Source of the DNA: Lingula anatina
Lineage: Eukaryota; Animalia; Brachiopoda
Length of the DNA: 64,000 nt
Direction: 5' to 3'
Assembly: GCA_051362555.1 (NCBI GenBank)
Contig: CM120642.1
Location: 620,001-684,000, forward strand
Of the stretch, positions 24,801-35,646 are shown piece after piece (position 1 is the stretch's first letter; each line of letters begins with the position of its first letter). Under the pieces are notes generated by a model. The model saw nothing but the letters and a program-made list of their open reading frames with translations, was not told where the DNA came from and did no database searches. The position numbers and the translations under genes are program-made.

Positions 24801-25894
24801 TTCTGCAACAAATTGCTTGCCAGACGAGAGCTGTGAGCAAGTGCGTTGTCACAATGAAGACAGTAGCATCCCTGAAGCCACTTCTTGGAAATGGAGTGAG
24901 ATTTCTGTTGAGAATGTTACAGTAAAATGCCGCTGTTACATTTTGTACCAAAAGGAACAATGTACTAATACCATGGGCTTGGAATGTTCTCCAAATGCGG
25001 ACTGATCTAACACCTCAGGCAATATTATCCTACACACACCCTTCCAAGAGGCATTTTTTAACATGTCTAGGGGCCCTCATTTGACCATGAATGGGATACA
25101 AGAAATAATTTGATTCTGCATCAAAACCGACTTCCTTCCAGTGATGGATGGCCAGGTTCAGGTGCCTGTGGGATCACTGAACGTAGCATTCTTAGCTGAT
25201 ATTTCATTCCATCTTTAAGAACCGACTTTGGGGTATACTCCATGCTTTATCATGACTGCACACTTGCTCACACCTCTCGCCTGGCAAGTGTTTGTTGAAG
25301 AAGCACAATGCTCTAAGGATGGAACCACCATATTTGAACCCTGATATTAAACGTACTAATCAACTGTGACATGAATTGGAGTGTGCAATGCAAAGGAGAA
25401 CCAAACCCATAAAAACGTGGACCAACTCCCCCAACTTGTTTTAGATGAATGGGACAATATCCCACATAACAGAATTGTTACCTGTGTTGAAGGCTTGTCG
25501 CGCCGTCTACAGGAGATAATTGCAGTACACAGTAGACGCTTATGCTGTTAGGCACGTGACCTTTAACAAGCACACCCTAATACTAATGGTGTCTGTATTT
25601 GGTGACATTTGATGGCATCTTTTCAATTTTTAAATCTATTAAAATAGACATTTCTTTACATCTCTAGAAGTCACAGTGAAACAGTGGATTTGAGGGGGTA
25701 CATTTTATAAATTTTACTAAATGGTATAAAATGCGTATATTTTTACTATTCTGTATTTTTTTAACCATTAATCATGTAGGACACGGTATCTGTAATAAAA
25801 AGCGCTATTTCTAACAATTTTCGGCTGTAAGGTGATCATTAGTAAATAAAAGTACATGGAAATGGGGGTGGGACAACCTTTTTTACCAATGCTG
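21894..25894 (+). mobile_element. Tc1-like element with ~450-bp inverted arms, containing MITE and L2 insertions
   Basis: cagcattggtcaaaaaggttgtccc / gggacaaccttttttaccaatgctg termini with TA flanks. Decayed transposase C-terminus (LDEWDNIPHNRI...SRRLQEII) at ~25440-25530. Confidence 0.8.
22769..24722 (-). mobile_element. 5'-truncated L2/CR1-group LINE, disrupted reverse transcriptase
   Basis: YRPISKLPFLGKFLEK, LLDLSAAFDTIDH, GVPQGSVLGPLLF, FADDTQI and HITPVLMELHWLPV motifs. (AAT)n 3' tail at ~22769-22781. Confidence 0.93.
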
Positions 25895-26180
25895 TATGTG
25901 TATAGAGGTGTACCAGAATGGGTACCAAATGACTCCTAGATATACGTTGATAACAAAACTTATTAGATAGCACACCATTTTTAAATGAATAAAAAGAATA
26001 TATTATCCTTAATAAATGTCTTCTCATTTAATTGATCTTGAGTAACTGTATGTCACATGAATCATTACAAATTGACATCCATTTCTTAAACCTGTCAACT
26101 GATTGCATAAGTGCATGTATGTCTATACACCCTGAAGAGACATTTGACTTACTCAGCTGCTGGTATTTTAATTCTTAAAA

Positions 26181-26251
<71 letters not shown>

Positions 26252-27044
26252 TAAGACATACACTTCATAACATCCTAATATTGAAAACGTACAGAAATTA
26301 AATTGAATAGAAGAGTGTAATAAATTGATGAATTTTATAGTTCCTAAGCCCATGAAAGAGTAAGGAAGCAGAAAATTTGTTTAAAGCATAAAATTAAAAG
26401 AATGACAGCACTATCAACAGCCCCAATATTTGGCACTGTTTAATCCAAACTCTGACGCCAGTTAAGTAAGTTTTAGCTGCTTAAGGATATTGTTACCTTT
26501 AGCAAGAAACCTTGCCATTGTTTAATGAAAATCTGTAGTTAGGGGCTCATAACTCCCAAATGAAACCATTAAAACAAAAATGATGGCTACAATCCGGTGA
26601 CCTTGGCACATTTTTTGTGATAAAGTCTTCAGGGATGGAGTTACGCCTCACACCGATTCCTATCTCAGGTCAAAATAGAGCAGTGTTAAACTGATGATTA
26701 CATTGGAATTACCTATGCTGATATACATTGCAGCGATACTAATAAATGCTGATATTTTATATTTTCAAGGGGATTTTTATTGTTTTGAACCAGCACAAAG
26801 ATGGATGCATTATTGAACAATTAGATGCAGGAAAAAACTCATTTTTCGGTATCTGGATGATAATTAAGGATGACCTTACCCTTAAAGGTACACATAAGCA
26901 AACTTGTTTTCATGACCGGGACCAGATGACTTCCTCTTTAATAAAAATGATGATATTATATCGTGTAAGCAAGATATATGATGATGCTGATTATAAGCTG
27001 AATGATGTCAATTTACTGTTTTTCTTTTTTGAATTTATTTCCAG

Positions 27045-27179
27045 AGAAGTGTGATACAAATGCCATGTGTATTGATTCAAATACGTCTCAAATATTGCCT
27101 ACTGATCAGTGCTTTGAAGCTATGGGCCGCAAATGTGTTTGCAATCAAGGTTATGAAGGGGACGGATTTACTTGCAACA
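27045..27179 (+). CDS. Atypical EGF-like exon 6, paralogue of exon 4 (KKCDTNAMCIDSNTSQILPTDQCFEAMGRKCVCNQGYEGDGFTCN)
   Basis: tttccag acceptor, A|gtgagt donor, 135 nt. Lies within ORF 27002..27214. Confidence 0.92.
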
Positions 27180-27293
27180 GTGAGTTCCACGAGTTCCACG
27201 AATTATTCAGATGATTGAATGGGTCAGAAATATGTGATTTTAAATAATCAAAGCTTAATCAACTTCATATTTTTTCAATTTACTCAATTTTAG

Positions 27294-27324
27294 GTAAAAC
27301 ATGTATTGTGACAAATGATCCATG
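27294..27324 (+). CDS. Candidate small 3' exon (SKTCIVTNDPW)
   Basis: Pyrimidine-rich ...caattttag acceptor, TG|gtatgt donor, 31 nt, phase 1 to 2. Joins 27729 as W-D-H-C. Confidence 0.55.
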
Positions 27325-27728
27325 GTATGTAATTAACATTTTGATTAAATTGCTGTTGTGTTTTATAAAGCATGAAGGTTTGATCCTGCAATTAAGTATA
27401 TGTTTAGCCTGATTTATTTAATATGAGCAGCACAATATTTGCAGGTACTAGTAGTCTGCAGTTTACACATCTAAAGTTTTGAAAAAATTGTTCAATGTAA
27501 GGAACTCAATAACGAACATTTAACGACCATTGTTTTATCATTATCTTAAAGATAGAGTTTTTTTAATTTATTTATTTTATACTTATTATTATTATTATTA
27601 TTTTTATTTTTTTTATCATTATTTTTTTTTTCTTTTGCAAAAGAAGTATACATTAAGATATTTAATGGTTTATTATGAATGAACCAAAATGAAATCACAC
27701 TGCTCATTTACTTTTTCATTTCTTGCAG

Positions 27729-27783
27729 GGACCACTGTATAAACTTTCCCAAAATCAATATCATGAAGTTGTTGCTAAAAAAG
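27729..27783 (+). CDS. Candidate 55-nt 3' exon
   Basis: Strong acceptor ctttttcatttcttgcag and donor AAG|gtaact. Frame is ambiguous: stop after RTTV if spliced directly to exon 6. Confidence 0.6.
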
Positions 27784-28504
27784 GTAACTAGAGCTGTATT
27801 ATTATTTAGAATCACAGATGGAAGAAATATTTCTTTACAGAAGCATTGAATTTAGTGTATGAATTTTGTGTCATACAGATGAAAATAAAACATTGACGGC
27901 ATTGCATTTGGTACTTTTTTATGTTCTATGTTGCCAATAGAGATAAAGGGCTACTCAATTGGACTTTCTTACCAAAATAAATTTTTCTGGGTAAAGAGCA
28001 AGGCCTGTCCTAGTATTTGGATTCCATGTTTTATTCCATTAATTGAAGACTTTAGTTAAAATGACTAAGCAGTCATAATAAATGACATTTGTGGTCACAA
28101 GCATTGCCTTCTTTCCACACAAGAAAATGAGGAGTAGTTTTAAATAGCGTCCTTGCACCATGTTTAATAGAGATGTTGCAAGTTGGCAATGGCTACTCAA
28201 GGAGGCAGAGAAGATAATTATGACACAATGACCCTTATTTAAGGGGTCTCTGTTGTCTTGGGGTCTCTAGAGTCGGAATTGAGGAAACATAAAAAGCTTA
28301 CAAGATATACATATGGCTGTGGGGGATTTCAAACACATGGAAATAACCTCTAACAATTCATTTTGGCAGGAAAATCATGAGGAATGCGCCTTTAATGGAT
28401 TACTTTTCAATGTTTCAATAACAGCACATTATGCAAAACTGTGGATAAAACTTGACACCCACATTTTGTCTAGACAGTATTCACACAAAAACAATCAATA
28501 AATA

Positions 28505-30758
28505 ATTAAACTAGACTAAACAGCAAAGCTGGCCAAAAAACAGACACCATACAGGAAACAAAGCTGCAAAGCTGTCAAACATATATATATATATTAAAGC
28601 CAAGCTTTAGAAATGATGGAAAAGGTCCAATTTTAAAGTCACGTGATGCATGGAGAATTTTTTTTAAGCAGTCTACTGAAAGTACAAATCCCTTCTGTTT
28701 TCTAAGAATATGGATTTAAAATACATAAATAAATAATCCTGAATCCACCCCTGTCGATATCTTACTTCCACATCAAAACTTCCACACCTTTCCATTCCGT
28801 GGCCATTTTGAGATTATAACAGTACCTCAAATCAGATTCCATAGTATCAATTGAACCAGAGGTCGGCAAAATGAAAAAAACATTCCTCTTGAAATAAAAT
28901 TTAAAAATTAGTAAAAAAAAAACAGAAAAACACTATTTTGCTGTTATTTATCTTTAAATGAAAGGATAGTTTTCAGAAAATCTTCATATCTACAATCAAA
29001 TTTAATAAGAAAATTATTGTTCAAGGTGCAGGATCACTGCTTACAAGCTCAAAGTCAAATCACACACCTTTGAAAACATTCTAGTTATATTTCCTTTGTC
29101 TACATAACCTGCAAAGCTACTTACCTTTCTCAATTCAGGGCACAAAATGATAAAATCACCGAAACAAAAAACAAAATGCGGCCCTTTTCTTCTGAATTGC
29201 ACAGAAAAATATGGTGGTGTAAACGTCCGACCAGATATTTACAGACAGTATTCAATGGTGCATTTTGGGGGGTCTTTGGGGTCGTAACCCCCCCTCCCCA
29301 CCTTCACACTAATAAAAATCACACTAATATTCCCCTCTCTAAATTAGAATTTGGAATAGCTTAATCATAATTCTAAATATTACCAAATCGCACCGTTTTT
29401 CTTCAAAAACAGCCAAAAATTTAGCGGACCTGTCAGGAATGGTCTTGCATGATCTTGAGGGCAACGCATTGCAGTACCTTTGAAGCAGACACTCGTTGTC
29501 AGCCCGGCAACGCTTTGCTGGCTGGGAAGGTGTTCGTTAAACAAATTGGTCAATAGCACATTCTGTGCAAAAAGGAAATCTTTGAAATGACATAGAATGA
29601 AATAAAATTGCTAGAAAACAATTTCTGTTTGCAAATAAAAAGAAAATGACAGTAAATGTGTTTCATCCTTTTTTAGCCTTGGCTCTTCTACTAGTATGTA
29701 GTCTGCATTAATTCCTGCTAAACGTTTAAAATAATGCTTTTCAAGGCCTTATTTATACAATTATATACATCAAATTTGATGTTAATTTGCAAGAAGGAAT
29801 TGCAGCAGCAGATTTGCGGTAGGCCTGATCCTTTTCTAAGGATGAGGTTTAAAGCGTAGAAGTCACCGCTGTCCAGGAGTGCAGTAAGTCCCCTATAAAA
29901 AAAACATATCGCACTGCTAGATGAGCAGATTTACTGTTTGCGATTTCTGATTTCCATTGCAGTGCTCGTGACAACTATTTAATGTTTGCGCCATGACATC
30001 GCAGTTTGGGCGTTAATATGTCGATCACAAACCCGGGACTGTAGTTCACGAACTGCCATTTCATCTGTAAGGCCTGAAAACGACAATTTTTATTGATAGT
30101 GCCTTCATCATTTCTGTTCAGACTTTCTCCTTTGCTTTTTTGAATACATAGCTTCCGGGATTTTTTGGTACCTTTTTTTCTGGATCCATTATTCAGAATT
30201 TTCATGAGATAAATAAAATTTACTGAGAAGGAAAAAATGACCAAGGCAGCAGTGAAGACCACAAAGAAGAAGTGACAGACATCTTCCGTAGGGAAAATTC
30301 TTTATAGGAAAGAAGTAAATAAATGATCTATCTTGCAAGTAAACAATGTTTTCTGCTTTTTAAGGGTATGGATTCAAATAAAGAATTCATTAGGCAAAAA
30401 TATTTAACCAGATTTTAAAGTGTTGGCACTATGTCACAAGTACCAAATATTTGGAAAGAGAGTCCTCGAGGTGACAATCATACTAAAATCACAATGTTGA
30501 CAAGCTTACTGTATTAAAAACAGCATTATTTTTGCATAAATGGTCAGATGAAACTGATTTTCAAGCTTTGCCTATATTTTACATATATTCATCAGTTCTG
30601 TTAGTTTGAAGACAACAGCTCATGACAACTCACTGGTTTTCAGGTGACAACTTATTGTGTTATTGCTGAAGCATTGCAGAACAACAACAACAATGACGGT
30701 GACAACAGACACAGGTGATGGCCATATTTACAGATATGCTGCGTCTGTACAGAAAAAA
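28505..30758 (-). mobile_element. Degenerate minus-strand Helentron-type element with unrelated inserts
   Basis: Reverse 5' end (...gcgtctgtacagaaaaaa) at ~30705-30758 and reverse 3'-like gcaaagctgtcaaa at ~28565. Interior not resolved. Confidence 0.4.
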
Positions 30759-30954
30759 AGACAGTATACTTAGGGGAAGCCAATATTAAACATATCACAC
30801 TTATATGTTAGGTTGTGGAGAGGGGCTGCCAGGAAAGTGGATATCTTCTTAACCAACTGATATATACCAATATGTTGCATATTTATAAAAAGGTTATTTC
30901 TACAGCTATTTATTTCATATCATTATTTCATTATGTACTGTACTTGTTACGTAG

Positions 30955-30985
30955 GAAAATATAATGCTTCATTTCTTTCGCACAA
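30955..30985 (+). CDS. Candidate 31-nt 3' exon
   Basis: cttgttacgtag acceptor and AA|gtaatg donor. Only moderate signals. Confidence 0.3.
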
Positions 30986-31108
30986 GTAATGAGATTCAGA
31001 GATGTATAAAGCAGACATTTCTATATAGGTTTTTTTCTTAGTTATTTAGTTGTCCTGGTAGAATATTTTGTGAAAGTAAATAATGGAGTTGATAAGCTTT
31101 TATTCTAG

Positions 31109-31131
31109 CTACGGATGTGCTAATGTTTCAG
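31109..31131 (+). CDS. Candidate 23-nt 3' exon (YGCANVS in phase 2)
   Basis: cttttattctag acceptor and CAG|gtagag donor. Only moderate signals. Confidence 0.3.
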
Positions 31132-31612
31132 GTAGAGAGAGATAGAACGAAGGGGGGGATTCAACACTAAAATGAATGTGTCCTCATTCTGGTTCCATTA
31201 ATGTTTTGTTTTAAAAATGTTTCATGCACTTATGCAAAAAACCACAGATGCAGGTGAAATGCTGTAGTCCAACTTTTCATACTGTTATGCTGAGAGAAAA
31301 TAGAGAGGAGCTAATACAAATGAAGAGAGAGATCTCATGAGAATGATATCAATGACACATATTGTAATTTTAAATAGACATTAAGAGAGGTTGAGTGTCT
31401 AGTCAATCTCCCTGAAACAGTGTACAAACTGTTCCATGATGACTTAAGGTTATTTATATCCCATAAGCCAAAATCAGACTTCAAACAATTTTATATAAAA
31501 CTGGAGGTTACACATGTAATACAATATAATGTTCCTGGACTTTTTTTGCTGGAGAAAAAGTATAATCTGTGCTGTTTTGGTTCAGTGGTGTCTCTATGAT
31601 GTTGTCTTCAGA

Positions 31613-31771
31613 TGGGGCCATAGTAATACTCCAAAGGTTTAATAGTCTGCAGGTTCATTGGTCCAAATGTTCACTATAGAACCTTCGGACCAATGGGCCC
31701 TTGATTAATAAACTGGTGAAAATGTTACGATTTTTCAGACCAATGAACCTTCGGACTATTGAGAAGCTCCC
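31613..31771. mobile_element. Small fold-back MITE with aaccttcggactattg repeats; related fragment at ~12760-12836
   Basis: GGG...CCC ends with inverted 16-bp repeat units. Confidence 0.55.
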
Positions 31772-31828
31772 GTACAGATCATGCATCTTGGGGTCAGTAC
31801 CATAGAGTCCACCCCTGAGCCAGAAGAC
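31771..31828 (+). pseudogene. Dead partial duplicate of the 32326 exon (HLGVSTIESTPEPED)
   Basis: Part of a local duplication (31335-31828 vs 31829-32372). Acceptor tract interrupted by a MITE, and an extra catg shifts the frame. Confidence 0.55.
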
Positions 31829-32018
31829 TCATGAGAATGATATTAATGGCACACCTTGCGATATTTAATGGATATTAAGAGAGATTGAGTTTCTAGTCAA
31901 TGTCCCTGAAACAGTGTACAAACTGTTCTATGATGATTTAAGGTGGATATATATCCTGGTAGTCAAAATAAGACAACTTTATATAAAACTAGAGGTTATA
32001 CACAGTCATATAATATAA

Positions 32019-32183
32019 CAGGCTCTTAGCCAGGGGGATGGGGTCGGTTCGAAAGAACCCCCTTTTTGCCGGGAAAAGGTCCCCTCAGGGTACAATTTAA
32101 TCTAGGTACACGGAGGTTTCAGGGTGAAAGGTCCACTTCTTCAGAAAAATAACCCCCTTTTCAAATTGCTGGCTACGGGCCTG
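32019..32183. mobile_element. 165-bp MITE with apparent 10-bp target duplication
   Basis: caggctcttagccag / ctggctacgggcctg termini, tataatataa on both sides. Paralogous empty site at ~31520. Confidence 0.7.
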
Positions 32184-32325
32184 TATAATATAATGTTCAT
32201 AGACATTTTTTGCGGGAGAAAAAGTATAAATGTCATTTTGCTGTCATGATATCATGCTAGTTGTTTAAGGGTGAAATCTGTGCTGTTTTGGTTTCATGGT
32301 GTTCTCCATGCTGTTCTCTATACAG

Positions 32326-32432
32326 ACCATCTTAAGGTTAGGCCAAAGGGTTCACCTCCGGAGCCAGAGGATGTGGGTTCTCCACCATCTGGGGACATAA
32401 ACAATACCTGCTGTAGGATGTTAAGATGCTAA
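32326..32432 (+). CDS. Candidate Pro-rich terminal coding exon (HLKVRPKGSPPEPEDVGSPPSGDINNTCCRMLRC*)
   Basis: ctgttctctatacag acceptor. The frame is supported by five synonymous codon differences versus the dead paralogue at ~31783-31828. Confidence 0.5.
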
Positions 32433-33021
32433 GTGGTATTGGTGGTGTTGGATCGTTCTTTACCCCTTTGTCTACAACTACGCAATTTATGGTGGCTTTA
32501 TTTGCAATTGTCATAGTTAAATCATCTGAACACACTGCTATATCTACAACCAATGAGGATTACTGAGTGATGGCTGAAAATTATTTTCAGGTATTTCAGT
32601 AGGTAAAATGAATTTAATTAATTAGTACATTACCAACCCTGTTTGTAAGTATCATAAATGTGTTGATCAGCACTGTCCCTTTCGATATTCTAAATACAAT
32701 ACATTGATATATAAAGAAGAAAATGAACTAAAGAACTCAAATAAAGTCACATAATGATATATTTCAGGGTATATAGTATTAAACTGCATACTGCTAAAAG
32801 TCACCTCATTTTTCGAAATGGATAAAACATGTTTCATGCTGAACAGAAAAAGCGGGTCTGTACATTACCTGCGAATGGTTTAGGAAAATTGGATGCGGAA
32901 ACGAACAGATGTATTCAAATGAACTTGATTGTGATTGGATGGCTTTTTGTGTGCTACTTCCACTATGAGGAACACTGCAGCACTGTCCCAGTATTCAGTG
33001 AAACCTACTTGACACTTGGAT

Positions 33022-33718
33022 GTCTTACTGCCTGATCTGGTGAGGTGCGTTTTATCACATCACTGGCATAGCCTAAGAGTAAAACTGACTTGCTACTGTG
33101 AGGTCTTACTGCCTGATCTGATGAGGTAAGTTTTATCACATCACTGGCATAGCCTAAGAGTAAAACTGACTTGCTACTGTGAGGTCTTACTGCCTGATCT
33201 GATGAGGTAAGTTTTATCATGTCACTGGCACAGCCTATTATAAGAGAAAAACTGACTTGCTACTGTGAGGTCTTACTGCCTGATCTGATGAGGTAAGTTT
33301 TATCACATCACTGGCATAGCCTAAGAGTAAAACGGACTTGCTACTGTGAGGTCTTACTGCCTGATCTGATGAGGTAAGTTTTATCATGTCACTGGCATAG
33401 CCTATTATAAGAGAAAAACTGACTTGCTACTGTGAGGTCTTACTGCCTGATCTGATGAGGTAAGTTTTATCATATCACTGGCACAGCCTAAGAGTAAAAT
33501 TGACTTGCTACTGTGAGGTCTTACTGCCTGATCTGGTGAGATATGTTTTATCACATCACTGGCACAGCCTATTATAAGAGAAAAACTGACTTGCTACTGT
33601 GAGGTCTTACTGCCTGATCTGGTGAGGTAAGCTTTATCACATCACTGGCACAGCCTATTATAAGAGTAAAACTGACTTGCTACTGTGAGGTCTTCCTGCC
33701 TGATCTGATGAGGTATAT
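33022..33718. repeat. Minisatellite, ~8.4 units of 81/86 bp
   Basis: gtcttactgcctgatctg (or a 1-nt variant) recurs at 33022, 33103, 33184, 33270, 33351, 33437, 33518, 33604 and 33690. Confidence 0.95.
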
Positions 33719-34131
33719 TTTGTCATTAGGAAAAAATTATCAGTGCAATTTTCGCTTTTAATTTACATGTACCATCAAGTTGAGATTGCATGACACATGT
33801 GGATCAGAAATATATTGTTTCCTTCATATCCAGTTGTGAACCAGTGCCTATAATATTGTATTTTAAAATATATATTTGGAGACATTGGTACTTGTAAAGT
33901 CTTGTTGCAGAGGTTAAGAGAACTGTCATTAACATTACTACAATTTTGACTTCGAGAGAGAGAGAGATTATTCATGAATTGAAATTTTACTCATTTAGTG
34001 TGATGACTGATGAGAAAGACAGCTTGCAACATATATAAATGTCAAATTGTCTTCTGTTCATCACAGAGTATTCAATTATAATGTAGGCAAGGTAGATATA
34101 GGGTACTACTTCTCAATCGAATTGTCTTTTG

Positions 34132-35646
34132 TTTTTATGTACAGACACAGATGTGTCTGTACATATAGCCTTCACCTGCATCTGTCGTCATCGCCGTCAT
34201 TGCCGTCGTAGTCACCATGCACTTTCACCAATAACACGATAAGTGAATAACCATTTTACCTTTTGGCTTGAAACTTACAGAACTGATGAATATTCATAAT
34301 ACGCAGGTCAAGTTCAAAAATCAGCATGATCAGGCCATATTTATGGAAGTTATGCTATTTTAAATGCAACACCGATAACACGATAAGCGAAAAACTGTTT
34401 TACCTTTTGGCTTATAAGTTACAGAAATGATGAATATTCATAATATGCAGGTCAAGTTTGAAAATCAGCCTGATCGGGCCATTTTTATGGTAGTTATGCT
34501 GTTTTTTCACTTTTTTCAGCATATATGCAATACTGATAACACATTTCAAGGAAAATCAATTGGCCAATTGATGACCATTATGGAAAAAACATTTTACTTA
34601 TGATATTCTAACTTACTGAAAAGTTTCATAGGACTAAAGTGCAGCTTGTGTTGGAAATAGGTGTGAATGTTTTCTGTTTTGGAAGCAATGCAGCTCTATA
34701 GAGTGCTATATGGGGCTACTGTTTACGGATGGTGGTAATTGTCCCTTGGGGTAATCGCTAGCTCAATTCAGAGCTATAAAATCACTTGCCTAATTAATTT
34801 TCAAGTGCCCATTAAATAAGATTACATAAAACACACGTTGATATTTCCCATTCAAGTCCTATAGGTTACGCTCTCTTAACTGTGTCACATAATTAAGAAT
34901 CGGTGATAATTATGAAGGTAAATGTTGTTTAATATTGCAAATAAGTGTACAAAAGAAAAAAAAAATTGTGTAATGCCAACATTAATGTTATAGATGAATA
35001 ACAGTGCCTTATTATCCTCAAACACATTGGGGTTATTCATATCATGTTTATACAGCAAGATTAAAAGTTTGAAAAGCAGCTTTATTGGAATTTTTTGTTG
35101 TGTTTTCTTTTTAATATTTTTTCAAACACTGGCATTTTCAACTCCTATCCACCTGAAGCTCTTCACATTCTGTATTTCCACATAAGCAGTTGCATATGTT
35201 TTTATGTCTTTAAACATTATGTAATATTATTTTATGCACTGTCAACATTTTTCAAATATTGGGATTTTCATTATGTGAATTTGAACTTTCATGGTGCAGA
35301 AACTGTAATCTTATTGCAGGGGTGGATTGAGGCCGTCTTCTGGGTCTTTCAGATGACGGTCAGATTTTAAAGTTTACATTGACAGGTATCATTTTTTTCT
35401 GTTGGAAGACCATCAAAAGTGGAGGATGGATCAACAAAGATAATTTGGAATACTGTCAGAAAATACCTCTGGATCTGCTCCTGTTATATACCTTGTTACC
35501 TGTTGTGCATGATTAAAATTCAGTGTTGATTGACAGTGCTATTATAAGCATTATTTATTATTGCATCAAAATTGACAAAATGACCCATTTTCTGCATTTT
35601 TATTTTCTGTTTTTGTCTGTACATTTGACAGCTTTGCTGCCTTGTT
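34132..35646 (+). mobile_element. Complete 1.5-kb Helentron-type non-autonomous element
   Basis: 5' hairpin + GTC tract + 2 repeat units. 3' end gtctgtaca + cagctttgctg + cttgtt. Confidence 0.82.

Larger units (their letters stand above)
8630..32432 (+). other. Gene model, copy A: secreted protein with 1 canonical EGF plus 5 atypical EGF-like modules (~295 aa core) and an uncertain C-terminus
   Basis: Exons 8630-8702, 11366-11497, 11990-12130, 17946-18080, 19454-19588, 19828-19962 and 27045-27179 all have AG/GT borders, are phase 1 and splice into one open frame. The 3' exons are less certain. Confidence 0.85.

Noticed and set aside
32373-32416. 44-nt intron (gtgggt...ctgtag) that would put the hydrophobic tail in frame
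   Set aside because: Very short, with a weak donor and almost no pyrimidine tract. Kept only as a remote alternative to a frameshift.
33022-33718. CRISPR array, hammerhead ribozyme (CTGATGAG) or C2H2 zinc-finger array (minus-strand CQ*CDKTY)
   Set aside because: No unique spacers or cas genes in a eukaryotic context. No properly placed GAAA or stem III for a hammerhead. The zinc-finger frame has stops, lacks histidines, and 86-bp units break frame.
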